This document shows positions 12,401 through 24,400 of a stretch of 64,000 bases of DNA, piece by piece. The translations under genes were made by a program, and so were the position numbers. The notes below the pieces were generated by a model. That model was not told where the DNA came from. It saw only the letters and a program-made list of their open reading frames with translations, and did not search any database. The DNA comes from Macrostomum lignano (Eukaryota). The stretch's first letter is position 1. Each line of letters opens with the position of its first letter. The DNA is taken from assembly GCA_002269645.1 (NCBI GenBank), contig NIVC01001996.1, positions 1-64,000 of the forward strand, given 5' to 3'.

Positions 12401-15400
12401 CCACCAACAAATTCTACGAGAAAAGGTGATAAGACTTTGAAAACCTATCAACTCATTCTGTAGGTTCGCATCAAAGGTAAATCTCTCGGTGGAATTTACA
12501 TTGTGTTCGCACTGCCAGACCAGTCTACTAAGTATCTGTCGTCGCCAGATTTATTCTTAACCTTTCTGATGCACGTTGACGAGCGCGGCGGGTTGCAAGA
12601 CTGTCTGCAGAGATTCGGACTGGGCTATTGTCAGTGCCGACTGTTGCCTAGCGGCAATCTAGGCTTTGATTCGTACTGCATCGCCATCAAAGGCATGTGT
12701 AAAGTTCGCGATGCGGAGAACAGAGTGAGTAGATCTATATGTGCTCAGATTATATAAAGATTGGTCAAAATGCATATTAAATAGTCTCGCTGTAGAACGG
12801 AGAGGTGAACTTAGGTACGCGGAGTGGGGCTCAAAGTAGAGCTCGAATCACTGTGGAAATCTTACCAGACCAGTTCGGGACACTCGGCAGGGTTTCATGG
12901 TAGGAAGTTTATCAGACACATCACGAACTGGCTGGGACACTTACGAACAACTATGCGCTATCGTGAAAGGGGTTGTCTTGCGATTCAGAGCCATGAGGCT
13001 AACCCCCAAGGCACAGAACGTGTACAAAACCTGACAAATAAAATGTCAGGGCCGATGTACACCCTGTGTGAGCGCGTTTATGAGTTCCCAGTGCCTGCTT
13101 ACAGTATTGGTGCGCTTGTGTGGGCCCAGGAGTCTGCAGAGTGGGCTGAATTGCTAAACGGCTGGTTGTAGGACGATGTAGCCAAACGCGTTGCACCATA
13201 ATTAATGAATAATTAACAATAAATATACGCACTTGTTTGTGAGCTGTGTAATGAATCAATACTAGACTTACAAGTCTTATAAATTTTCATGTACACCTGC
13301 CATATTTAGCGCTCCATTTGCCAACACGCAGGCAATTACAGCAGTGTTCCGCTACCTGGCCTTACTGCGCGCCGTTGGCATTAACGAGCTTCAACGCAGA
13401 GAAATTTGTAAAACGCACGAATTGACTTATAATCCATTTAGTTTGACCGAGTTCGGTCCGCCGCCCGAGTGCCTGCCGCGGCGCATGCAGCGATATCCGC
13501 TCAGAGACCTGCTGGTAGCTCGTTTTAAAATGTCAAACACCGGGTCCGGCGTGCTCGTGGAATTTCTTAGTAGCTTATCACCGGATCGCTGCAAAGTTTT
13601 TGTTTCCGATACCAATGCCAGCAATAGGGAAGGTGCAACCAGTCAGTGTAAGTGTGCATTTTTACCCAGTGAACCAACACACTTTACCAGCGTAATATTT
13701 TGCCATTACAGTTTGGAAGTGACAAAAACGATTTGAAAAACGTTGGCCATATATATAATACTTCAGTTGGTTGATCAGATGTTGTCAGCACTTATTTTAG
13801 CGCCGCAGGCACTCATTTTGGCGCGGCGGGCACTCATTTTAGCGCCGCGAGCACTCATTTTGGCGCCGCAGGCACTCATTTTGGCGCCGCAAGCACTCAT
13901 TTTGGCGCCGCAAGCACTCATTTTGGCGCCGCGGGCACTCACTTTAGCGCCGCAAGCACTCATTTTTGCGCCGCGGACAATCATTTTGGCGCCCCAGGCT
14001 CTAATTTAAGCACCATGCAGCAAAATTTCCAAAACGGGTCACAAGGTATGGTGGGGGGGGGGGCAAAGCATTGGCATGTCCCCCCCCCCAAATATTTTAC
14101 TGGTGCCCCTGTCCCCCCGTTGGCGACGCCCCTGCCCCCCTGCCCTTCATCTCACCCCACCCCCAACTAGAGATCAAAAGCTTTGTAATACATCGGTATT
14201 GACGCAAAAGTAGAGTACTTTATAATAAATATCAATATACTGTAAATAGTCGTAAACAAAGTAGACATAAATATATAAATGATGTCAAGACACAAAAATG
14301 GAGTCAGAACACAGATTTTGGGGGACGCAAAGAGGTATATTTACGTGGGCATAAATAATAAAGAAAAAAAGGGTAAAATTTAAAAGCAACGAAGAATACA
14401 CTGCAAAAACTTTTTTACTTTTTTTACAAAGGGTTTAAGCGTATTCGGCCAAGTACTATTAGGTTAGCTTCTTGCCACATAACTAAGTTTAGGTTTTCAC
14501 GAGCGTGAATGACAGAATCATAAGGCCAGTTGAAGTGTCAGTTATCGATAGTATCATTTTTTTTCACAGCCCCAGACAGCAGCAAGCCGGGAGAGCGCGT
14601 CAAGTTTACAGTGGAGAAAATTCCATCGGAGCTCCTGTCGGCTTGGGCCGCCAGCTGGCCGTCGAAGTCGGAGTTCGATGCCGACTTTATTCTGACACCG
14701 ATCGGTCCCAATCCGACGCTGCCTCGTCCGCATCGATTTTTGCCCTGGAAAATTCCCTCGGAGGTGAGTGCGAGTTTAGCAATGAAAAATGTCTTGCTGG
14801 AAATTTTTATGCTGCCATAAATAAAATTAATAGACACATCGATTAGCAGAAGGATCGTGTTCATCCTAACGCAACGCCTTCGGCGACATCGTCTCACACC
14901 CAAGTCTGCCCATTTCGCTGACTCCTGGGTCACACAGGGTTTACATCGGTTCTAACTTTCCAATCTACAACACTCTCTGGGCCTTAAGTTAATGCGAGTC
15001 GCATACGAGCGTAAAAACCTCCCCAGCCAATTTTCGTGTGCACAATCCCTTATTTAATGTGGCGTTCGGGAATGGGACGTGTTTACACTCTGCTCTCATT
15101 TATAATTACGTGTATACTATGATATCTTAAGTAAGATGCCTCTTTAAAGTCGCTCATAATAATCCGTTTCTCTACCCTACAGTTCTCTACTATTCGATCA
15201 GAGTCTTCAACGTTGATAAAATCTCGTTGCAACGATCTCGGGGCACCGGTGTCGCTCGAATACGCTACGACAAGGTGCAACTGCTTGGAGTTAACGAACG
15301 GCGCCCAAGCCATTCTGCTGCACAGCGAAGGTCTTGAAAATAAATCATTCGTCTGCGTCAGCCTTGGCGTCGGTCGGTTGAACGACCCACCGGACTGTGC

Positions 15401-18400
15401 GGGACTGGCTCAGCTGTGCCAGCGCCTGACTCTGCTTGAGTCGAAGAAGTATCCAAACATAACCGAGTGCTTGCACAATCTTCTCTATATAAACAGCTAT
15501 CAAGGGTCGCCGTACTACGCGACGAGCGTTTCCGACGACCAGACAACTTACCGGTTCGAAATCGACAATTCATTCTTACATGAAAGTCTAGACCGACTTA
15601 GTGCGGGTATCCTGAGCCCTGAATTTACCGAGTCTAGTCTTACCCGTGAGCAACATCAGAACTTCTACAGTTGCAAGATTTCTGCCTTGGATTGCCTACA
15701 GCGCAGCTCGGGAAATTCAACTCATCCGATCAATCACCTGATACAGGGCAGTAATAAGACCGTGGGTTTGCTTGAGTTCAAAGAGCTGCACAAGCATCTA
15801 ACTAGCTTTCATTCGCGGTACTACAGCGCTAATCTGCTGCGTGTAGCAGTGTCTAGCAGCCACAGCATGGAAGACATGGAGGCAAGAGATCATTTTTATG
15901 TCACTTTTTTAATTGAGTCAGGGGTGCTAAACAAACAGTTTAATGTTTCAACAGGCAATGGTTCTCACAGCATTCGGTGGAATGCCGAATCTGTCAGTAT
16001 CGCCGCTGTCCTGCTATACTCACCCGTTCGAGGGCTCTAAGTTGGGCGTCAAGGTAAGCTTTATCTCTCTCATGGTCTCAATTGTCAGGACCACTAGAAA
16101 TTGTGTCGTATCAGAATTTAGCACTCGCCGTCTATGAAAAAATCTAATTGAAGGCTAAATTTCGCTCCAAATTTGCGATCGCGTAATATCGATCGTAGGA
16201 GGTAAGAAGTTGTCGGATAAGTGATTAAAGACTATAGAACGTAACTGCTACGTCCTGATGCAAACTAAGCTTCTGGTGGTCATTAAATATTTTTACAGGG
16301 CTTATAAATAATAACTTTGCATTACCTAACTTGTCCAGATTCGAGGAAAGTCATTAAGCCTCGGCGGAGCGCTGCACGTCGTGTTTCCTCTGCCCGACCA
16401 GACGGAGTTGTACAAAACCTCACCCGATCTGTACGTTAGTTACTTTCTCAACAGTGACTGCGGCGGCAGTTTAAACGCCTGTCAGGATCAGCTCAATATT
16501 GCAACAGTATCCGCCGGGATGCAGAACTCCGGTTCGCTAGGATTCGATTCGTATTGTGTGACAGTGTTATTATCGAATACTACTGATCTAAGTAAAGCTG
16601 ATCTGATTAAAACTGAGAACAATGTGAGTACTTTATAAACAGAGCAGGATTCTTTACAAAAAACAAGTTAGTCGGGCCTTTGGACACTGCCGAAAATAAA
16701 GGTGGCAGTCTCTCTAGCCATGACAGATGAAGGCAGTGCAGGTAAAGGCCGGTTCACATTACCACTAGTTGCTATGCTGGTCAAAGATTGCCCAAACCAA
16801 CAATGCACAGTCGATTCAGGTTCATTTAAAAAATAAATTTGAGCAATATTTTGTCCCCAGAGTTACTGACGTTACTGCGAATTGGTCTTCTTATAATATC
16901 GTAACTTTGAATTTCTTTCGTTCTTCGGACGTCTAATACTTGAGCTTATAACTTATTTTGCTTTTTAGATGTGTAGATAGACACTTTCAACAATTTTCAC
17001 CTGTCAGACCATTTTAAAATCTGTAATAAATACTCGTGCTATTGCTAGCTATATTTTATTGATGTCAACGTGGACGAATCTCAACATTTTTAGGCAATAA
17101 CAGCCGTATTCCGGTACCTAACAATGCTGCGACAGCTGGAGCCTCGGGAGTGTCTGTTCAACATGGTCCGTCTTGCTCAAAGAAGGCTGTTCAATTTCGA
17201 CCGCGAAGGCGAGTGCATGGCGCCGGGCAGTGAAAAACTCGACCCGTTGCAGCGGTTCTGCGATGAGTCGCTGCAGGTGCATTTGCAACGGTATCCAGTT
17301 AAGGAGCTGCTTACTGCTAGAAGTGGCGCCAAGCTTGAATACTCGGCACAGGATATCGCGGCATTCCTTCGCTTGCTTGTTCCAACCAACTGCAAGATTT
17401 TCGTCTCCGATTTTGGAGCAGATGCCGATCACGAGTGCTCGTTGTTAAGTGAGAATTATTTCTGTTTCTTATGGTGTATTTTTACCGCAGCACCGATCTG
17501 CTCATTTTTCCTGGTGTGATAAACGCAAGGGCGTTGCCAGAATTCTTCTTTGGGAGGCTGAGTCGTCTGGGGGCTTTAGCACCAAGGGCTTTAGCTCCAG
17601 GGGCTTTAGCACTAGGGGCGCCAGCACCAGGGGCGCCAGCACCAGGGGCGCCAGTACCAGGGGCGCCAGCACCAGGGGCGCCAGCACCAGGGGCGCCAGT
17701 ACCAGGGGCGCCAGCACCAGGGGCGCCAGTACCAGGGGCGCCAGCACCAGGGGCGGCAGCACCAGTGTGTAAAGTACATTGCCATAAAAAATCCGTCGTA
17801 TTTTCGTCCGTCACTCCCCAGCACCTGGCGGCAGTCTCTGCTGCAAGCCGAAGAAGGCAAACGAGCTGCACACGCTGGAAAAGCTGCCATCGGATCTTCT
17901 CACCGCCTGCTCAGCCAGCTGGCCAACTGCCTCCATCATGGCGGACACTTTGATCAAGCCGCCAAGGGAAAACTTGTTTATCAGTGCCGATTTTCAACTT
18001 AAATCGAGAGAGAAAAAATTTGAGGTATTCAATAATCTTTATTTATGTTTTACTATGCTTCTGCAAGGGAAACTAGCAAGTAGGTAGTGGTTTGTCGTGC
18101 AACCAGGGCCAGATCCTGATCCAGATCCTACCAGACAAAATCAAGTAGAAATCTCTGTGTATTAGTTCAGTACATGTACCTTGATTATGTGCTATTTGAT
18201 ATCTTTGCACTCAAAGCAGTCTTGTTTAGATCATAGTTTCTAAGAAACCAAAGAGACGGCAGTCCTTGCTCCTTTCCACGTCTAATTTTAGTCGTCCGGT
18301 CCTCAGCAGCTGCTGATCAAACAGTTTCCCAACGGCACCAGCATTTCTGGTGCTCGACTCTGGTTCTGTCAGGACGGCCTGCAGTCGTTCAAAACTCCTC

Positions 18401-21400
18401 ATTGTTTTATCGCAATTGATCTGCTGACGTCGCCTGGATCGATTGTCACAGATTGCAGGTCTTCCATCCATCTGGACTATCTGGTGCAGCTGATTGAACT
18501 TCACATTCAGGAGTTAAAGGAACTGGCTTTAGAAGCCGAACTAGATTTGGAAATTTCCCGTAGCGACAGTGGAATTCAGATCTGCGCTGCAGGCTACAGT
18601 CAGCCTCTGCCCCTGCTGATTTCGACTGTGATGCAGAAGATTACAGAGCTGGATATTACTGAAACTTCGTTTTCAAGGGTAAGAATTGCTTTGACACGTA
18701 CGGGGGAATTGTCCGCAGTTTCTGACACTTTTAATTCCATTTTTATACAAATTTGCTGTCATGGTAAAGTGCATGGCACATTACTTATTTCTGATAAATT
18801 TAATCCCGGATGTGTTGGTCTGTTCATTAAAAATTTGAGCTTTTAAGCAAATTTGAGCCTGTTTCGCAACCTCCACACTCGCCGGAACTCGCGCCAGCCG
18901 ATTTCATTATTTTTCCGCAGCTGAAGGGGCGAGCCGTTCGATGGGGTGAGTTGATGCCAGCAAGGATCATTTGGAAGACAAGATCTGGTGCAGACTCCCC
19001 AAGGTATTTCAGGACAGTGCTGTTTTAAAGCGATTGACGGGATGCTCAAGCCATAGAGGAAGTGTGTTGCTACAGGTGGAGAGGATGCTCAAGCCGTGGA
19101 AGAAGTGAGTTGCTACAGGTGGAGAGGATGCTCAAGCCGTGGGAAAAGTGAGTTGCTACAGGTGGAGAGGATGCTCAAGCCGTGGAAGAAGTGAGTTGCT
19201 ACAGGTGGAGAGGATGCTCAAGCCGTGGGAAAAGTGAGTTGCTACAGGTGGAGAGGATGCTCAAGCCGTGGGAGAAGTGAGTTGCTACAGGTGGAGAGGA
19301 TGCTCAAGCCGTGGGAGAAGTGAGTTGCTACAGGTGGAGAAGATGCTCAAGCCGTGGGAGAAGTGAGTTGCTACAGGTGGAGAGGATGCTCAAGCCGTGG
19401 GAGAAGTGAGTTGCTACAGGTGGAGAGGATGCTCAAGCCGTGGAAGAAGTGAGTTGCTACAGGTGGAGAGGATGCTCAAGCCGTGGGAGAAGTGAGTTGC
19501 TACAGGTGGAGAGGATGCTCAAGCCGTGGGAGAAGTGAGTTGCTACAGGTGGAGAAGATGCTCAAGCCGTGGGAGAAGTGAGTTGTTACAGGTGAAGAGA
19601 ATGCTCAAGCCGTGGGAGAAGTGAGTTGCTACAGGTGGAGACTGTGTTGAGAAGGATGTCTTAATTAAAAGGCGATTATGATAATTTAAGCCAATGATCT
19701 GTTTATATAAGGACAAACCATCGCCTTTTATATCCGTTGTCACAGTCACTGCTAAGACTATTAGTGGCATCGCGACGCTTTCTCAAGCATAAATTTCCAA
19801 CGCACATGACCATAATACGAGATTGAATTTATCAGAAGAAAGAAATGTACCGCTTTAATACTCGTATGGCACCAACAAATTTGTGTTTGCAGCCGCTTCC
19901 AAAAGTGTCCGAACTTTCCGGACAACCCTCTTCCATGCATTGACTGTGATGAGTTGAATTTTACTACTAGTTCTGAACAACTCTACTAGTAGTAGCGCAG
20001 CAGAGTTTCGCCGATTTTTTCAGGCTCGTTTATCAGTGAAGTCCTCTCTGAAGAACGACGAGGACGCTGATTCTTCGGAGGCACTGCAATGCTTGACGCT
20101 CATTCTGGGGACGCCGGCTGCGATGAACTGGCCGCACCGGGACAAGAGCTCAGAAGCGAAGAGTAAGAAGAGCTCAAAGATAATAATTATTTCATGCTTA
20201 AATAAGAAAGCGTCATTCAAAGAGAGTTGAGGTATAGTAGAGTTCAGTGCGGAAATGCATATTAGAAAAATTAACAATGATAAATTTCCCAACGGTTTCC
20301 TGCAAACAGACACCTATGAATTATCCAGTAATAATAAATACACCTGCCACAATGGGGGGGGCACACAGCCTCAGTTACCCCAGCCAATGCTGGCACCCAT
20401 TTTACAGCTGGGTGAACTGAAGCAATGCAGCTAGGCTACAACCGCAACACTAGGCTACAACCCCAACACTAGGCTACAACCCCAACACTAGGCTACAACC
20501 CCAACACTAGGCTACAACCCTAACACTAGGCTACAACCCCAACACTAGGCTACAACCCCAACACTAGGCTACAACCCCAACACTAGGCTACAACCCCAAC
20601 ACTAGGCTACAACCCTAACACTAGGCTACAACCCAACACTAGGCTACAACCCCAATACTAGGCTACAACCCCAATACTAGGCTACAACCGCAACACTAGG
20701 CTACAACCGCAACACTAGGCTACAACCCCAACACTAGGCTACAACCCCAACACTAGGCTACAACCCTAACACTAGGCTACAACCCCAACACTAGGCTACA
20801 ACCCCAACACTAGGCTACAACCCTAACACTAGGCTACAACCGCAACACTAGGCTACAACCCCAACACTAGGCTACAACCCCAATACTAGGCTACAACCGC
20901 AACACTAGGCTACAACCGCAACACTAGGCTACAACCCCAACACTAGGCTACAACCCCAACACTAGGCTACAACCCTAACACTGGGCTACAACCCTAACAC
21001 TAGGCTACAACCCCAATACTAGGCTACAACCCCAATACTAGGCTACAACCCTAACACTAGGCTACAACCGCAACACTAGGCTACAACCCCAACACTAGGC
21101 TACAACCCCAACACTAGGCTACAACCCCAACACTAGGCTACAACCCCAACACTAGGCTACAACCCCAACACTAGGCTACAACCCCAACACTAGGCTACAA
21201 CCGCAACACTAGGCTACAACCCCAACACTAGGCTACAACCCCAACACTAGGCTACAACCCCAATACTAGGCTACAACCCCAACACTAGGCTACAACCGCA
21301 ACACTAGGCTACAACCCCAACACTAGGCTACAACCCCAACACTAGGCTACAACCCCAACACTAGGCTACAACCGCAACACTAGGCTACAACCCCAACACT

Positions 21401-24400
21401 AGGCTACAACCCCAACACTAGGCTACAACCGCAACACTAGGCTACAACCCCAACACTAGGCTACAACCCCAACACTAGGCTACAACCCCAATACTAGGCT
21501 ACAACCCCAACACTAGGCTACAACCGCAACACTAGGCTACAACCCCAACACTAGGCTACAACCGCAACACTAGGCCACAGCCCAGAAAGGATCGAGAAAG
21601 GGCCAGTGACAGCAGAGGCAAAGAAACTCAGCGCCAAACATGTCCGACTCTCGCACCACACGATCCCCTTGGTTCGATTCGGTGTGCAGCCCCATTTATC
21701 GTAATTGTGAACAAAAATATTGGTCTGAACGTTGTCGCACGATTCACACAGAGTGTACATGCCCGATGATTAGAAAGTCATGGCTGCTGTACACCTTGTA
21801 TGAGCGTGTGGATGAGTGCGTGTCTGAGTACAATATCTGGAAGAATGCCCCCCTGTGCTGATTGTGGAACAATTTCGCCGATATTCAGAGCAAACTCTCC
21901 TGCAAATATCTATTAATAAGTGACAAAATTGATTCCCTAACATTCGATTATTTGTCTATTTCGTTTAAGACAAAACAAGAAATAATATTTTTGCAGAGGC
22001 AACCTATGAAAGCGTACTGAAGTTTGCCCAGGACAACTACGGTCCATTGTTCACTCGTTTACAAAAGCAGCAGCAGCAGCAAAAGTCACCGCAGCCACAG
22101 CAGTCTCCGCCCCGACAGCTGTTTATAGAGGTGCTTGTTTATGGCAATGCCAAAGCAAAAGAAGCAGTGGCCGCGGCAAAGAAAATCCTGGACAAAGTCT
22201 CTTCGCAACAGTCTCCAGCAGCAGCAGCAAAAGCTTTGTCACCTTCATCTTGGGAGTCGCTGAAGAGCCGAGGCGTCCTACTTCCACCGGGAAGTCACTA
22301 TCTGCTTAAATTGCCGAGTAGCACAAAATCAGGCATGGCGTCGAGTTGCGTGGTCGTCTTTCAGTTCGTTACGCCTCTTTCTCTTAAAACTGGTGAAAAA
22401 ATTGCCCAGGATTTTCTTTTTGATTTGCTTCTGCGGATTCTTCGTCTGAACATTGAACAGAGCGACGTACCCGGTTGTGCTCAGGTCCAACTGGAGCAGA
22501 TACCCGGCCATCACGGAAATATTCTTGTGATCGATGCCGCGTCTATCACTCAGCACCCAACTGTGGTACGTGCAGCGTTATGAAATGCTCATTTTATTAT
22601 TAGGATTTATTATATAAATAATCAGGGATGTCATGTATCAGAAATCAAGGATGCATCAGGGATTCCAGGATCAGGGATGCCAGCATCAAGGATGCCAGCA
22701 TCAAGGATGCCAGCATCAAGGATGCCAGCATCAAGGATGCCAGCATCAAGGATGCCAGCATCAAGGATGCCAGCATCAAGGATGCCAGCATCAAGGATGC
22801 CAGCATCAAGGATGCCAGCATCAAGGATGCCAGCATCAAGGATGCCAGCATCAAGGATGCCAGCATCAAGGATGCCAGCATCAAGGATGCCAGCATCAAG
22901 GATGCCAGCATCAAGGATGCCAGCATCAAGGATGCCAGCATCAAGGATGCCAGCATCAAGGATGCCAGCATCAAGGATGCCAGCATCAAGGATGCCAGCA
23001 TCAAGGATGCCAGCATCAAGGATGCCAGCATCAAGGATGCCAGCATCAAGGATGCCAGCATCAAGGATGCCAGCATCAAGGATGCCAGCATCAAGGATGC
23101 CAGCATCAAGGATGCCAGCATCAAGGATGCCAGCATCAAGGATGCCAGCATCAAGGATGCCAGCATCAAGGATGCCAGCATCAAGGATGCCAGCATCAAG
23201 GATGCCAGCATCAAGGATGCCAGCATCAAGGATGCCAGCATCAAGGATGCCAGCATCAAGGATGCCAGCATCAAGGATGCCAGCATCAAGGATGCCAGCA
23301 TCAAGGATGCCAGCATCAAGGATGCCAGCATCAAGGATGCCAGCATCAAGATCAGGGATGTCAGGGATCAGGGATCAGGGACGCCAAAGCTAACTCCAAT
23401 AGTGCTGCATACTTGTACATGTATACTTTTGATATTCATTTGTTAAAAGGGCTGCAACCACGTCTACACACGGGGTATTTATTCACAAGCTACTTCTTCG
23501 AAATGTTTTTTGTTATACTTGCAATTTTGATCCCAGATTGAAGATCAAATTGAATCTTTCATCGGACGTACTGAAGCAATGATCAATACAGCTCTGGCCA
23601 ACCCGGCATTCGATTGGAGACAGGGTTGTAAAGAAATGATTGAGACAAAGACTTGCCGGAACGTTACTCAGCAGGGCGGCTTCTATTGGAAAGCTATCAC
23701 TGGCTCGGCATACCGATTCGCCTGGGACACTAGCTCCGGAGCCTACCAGAACCTGCCGGAAAACTTTGACAAAACAGTCAACAAAGAGTTGATCGCTCTG
23801 TGTCAGGTACCGACTGTCGAGTATGGGTTGAGTTAAAGTGGGTGTTCCCAACCAGTTTTATTAACTCCTCTTCGACACCCTTACGTCCCGATCTCTAGGC
23901 TACGCTACATACCGACAGAAAACGTCATTGGAAATGGCTTCCGGCCATGAACAAAAATCTCAATAAGTATGGACGATAGATCTTTTATTCCCTAGATAGG
24001 CCACTTTGTATTGCGGCAATAGGGAAAGAGCGATCGTTGTTTATCGGTTGCTTAAATTTTGAGTTCAATAGCTTAGGGACATACATGTAGGCGCTATTTT
24101 TTTGAGAATTTGATAGAACTTGTGGAACGAACATTTCCACAAAGGAGGTAAATAAATTCTACTATTCAAACTAAGAATTATGCATGCAGAGACTACTGAC
24201 GAAATTGAGTTCAGTAGTTGATGGTAAAGTTTTAAAGTTGTTGAGTTGTAAAGTTTTCAAATTAGCTTATATGGTCACTATAGTGGTTGATGAGTGGCCC
24301 ATCTTGTGTATATATAATCTTTGGTGTGGACTTTTGAATAAGCTATCTTGATTATATATGGCCAGAAGCCATACTCCCGACCACAGATCCTAAAAACACT

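Noticed and set aside
12824-13171. 115-aa intronic ORF (and 21640-21861) sharing YTL.ERV
   Set aside because: The similarity is at DNA level and belongs to SINE family 2.
18921-19003. Extra exon of paralog B
   Set aside because: It has an acceptor and possible donors but no counterpart in paralog A or IDE; 18678 joins 20024 in phase without it.
19045-21575. CRISPR-like appearance of regular arrays
   Set aside because: Units are contiguous with no unique spacers, there are no cas genes and the context is eukaryotic.
22628-23541. DASIK / QGCQH / MPASR / MLASL ORFs
   Set aside because: A stop-free 15-bp unit opens all frames; the array is intronic in paralog B and shows no synonymous variation.
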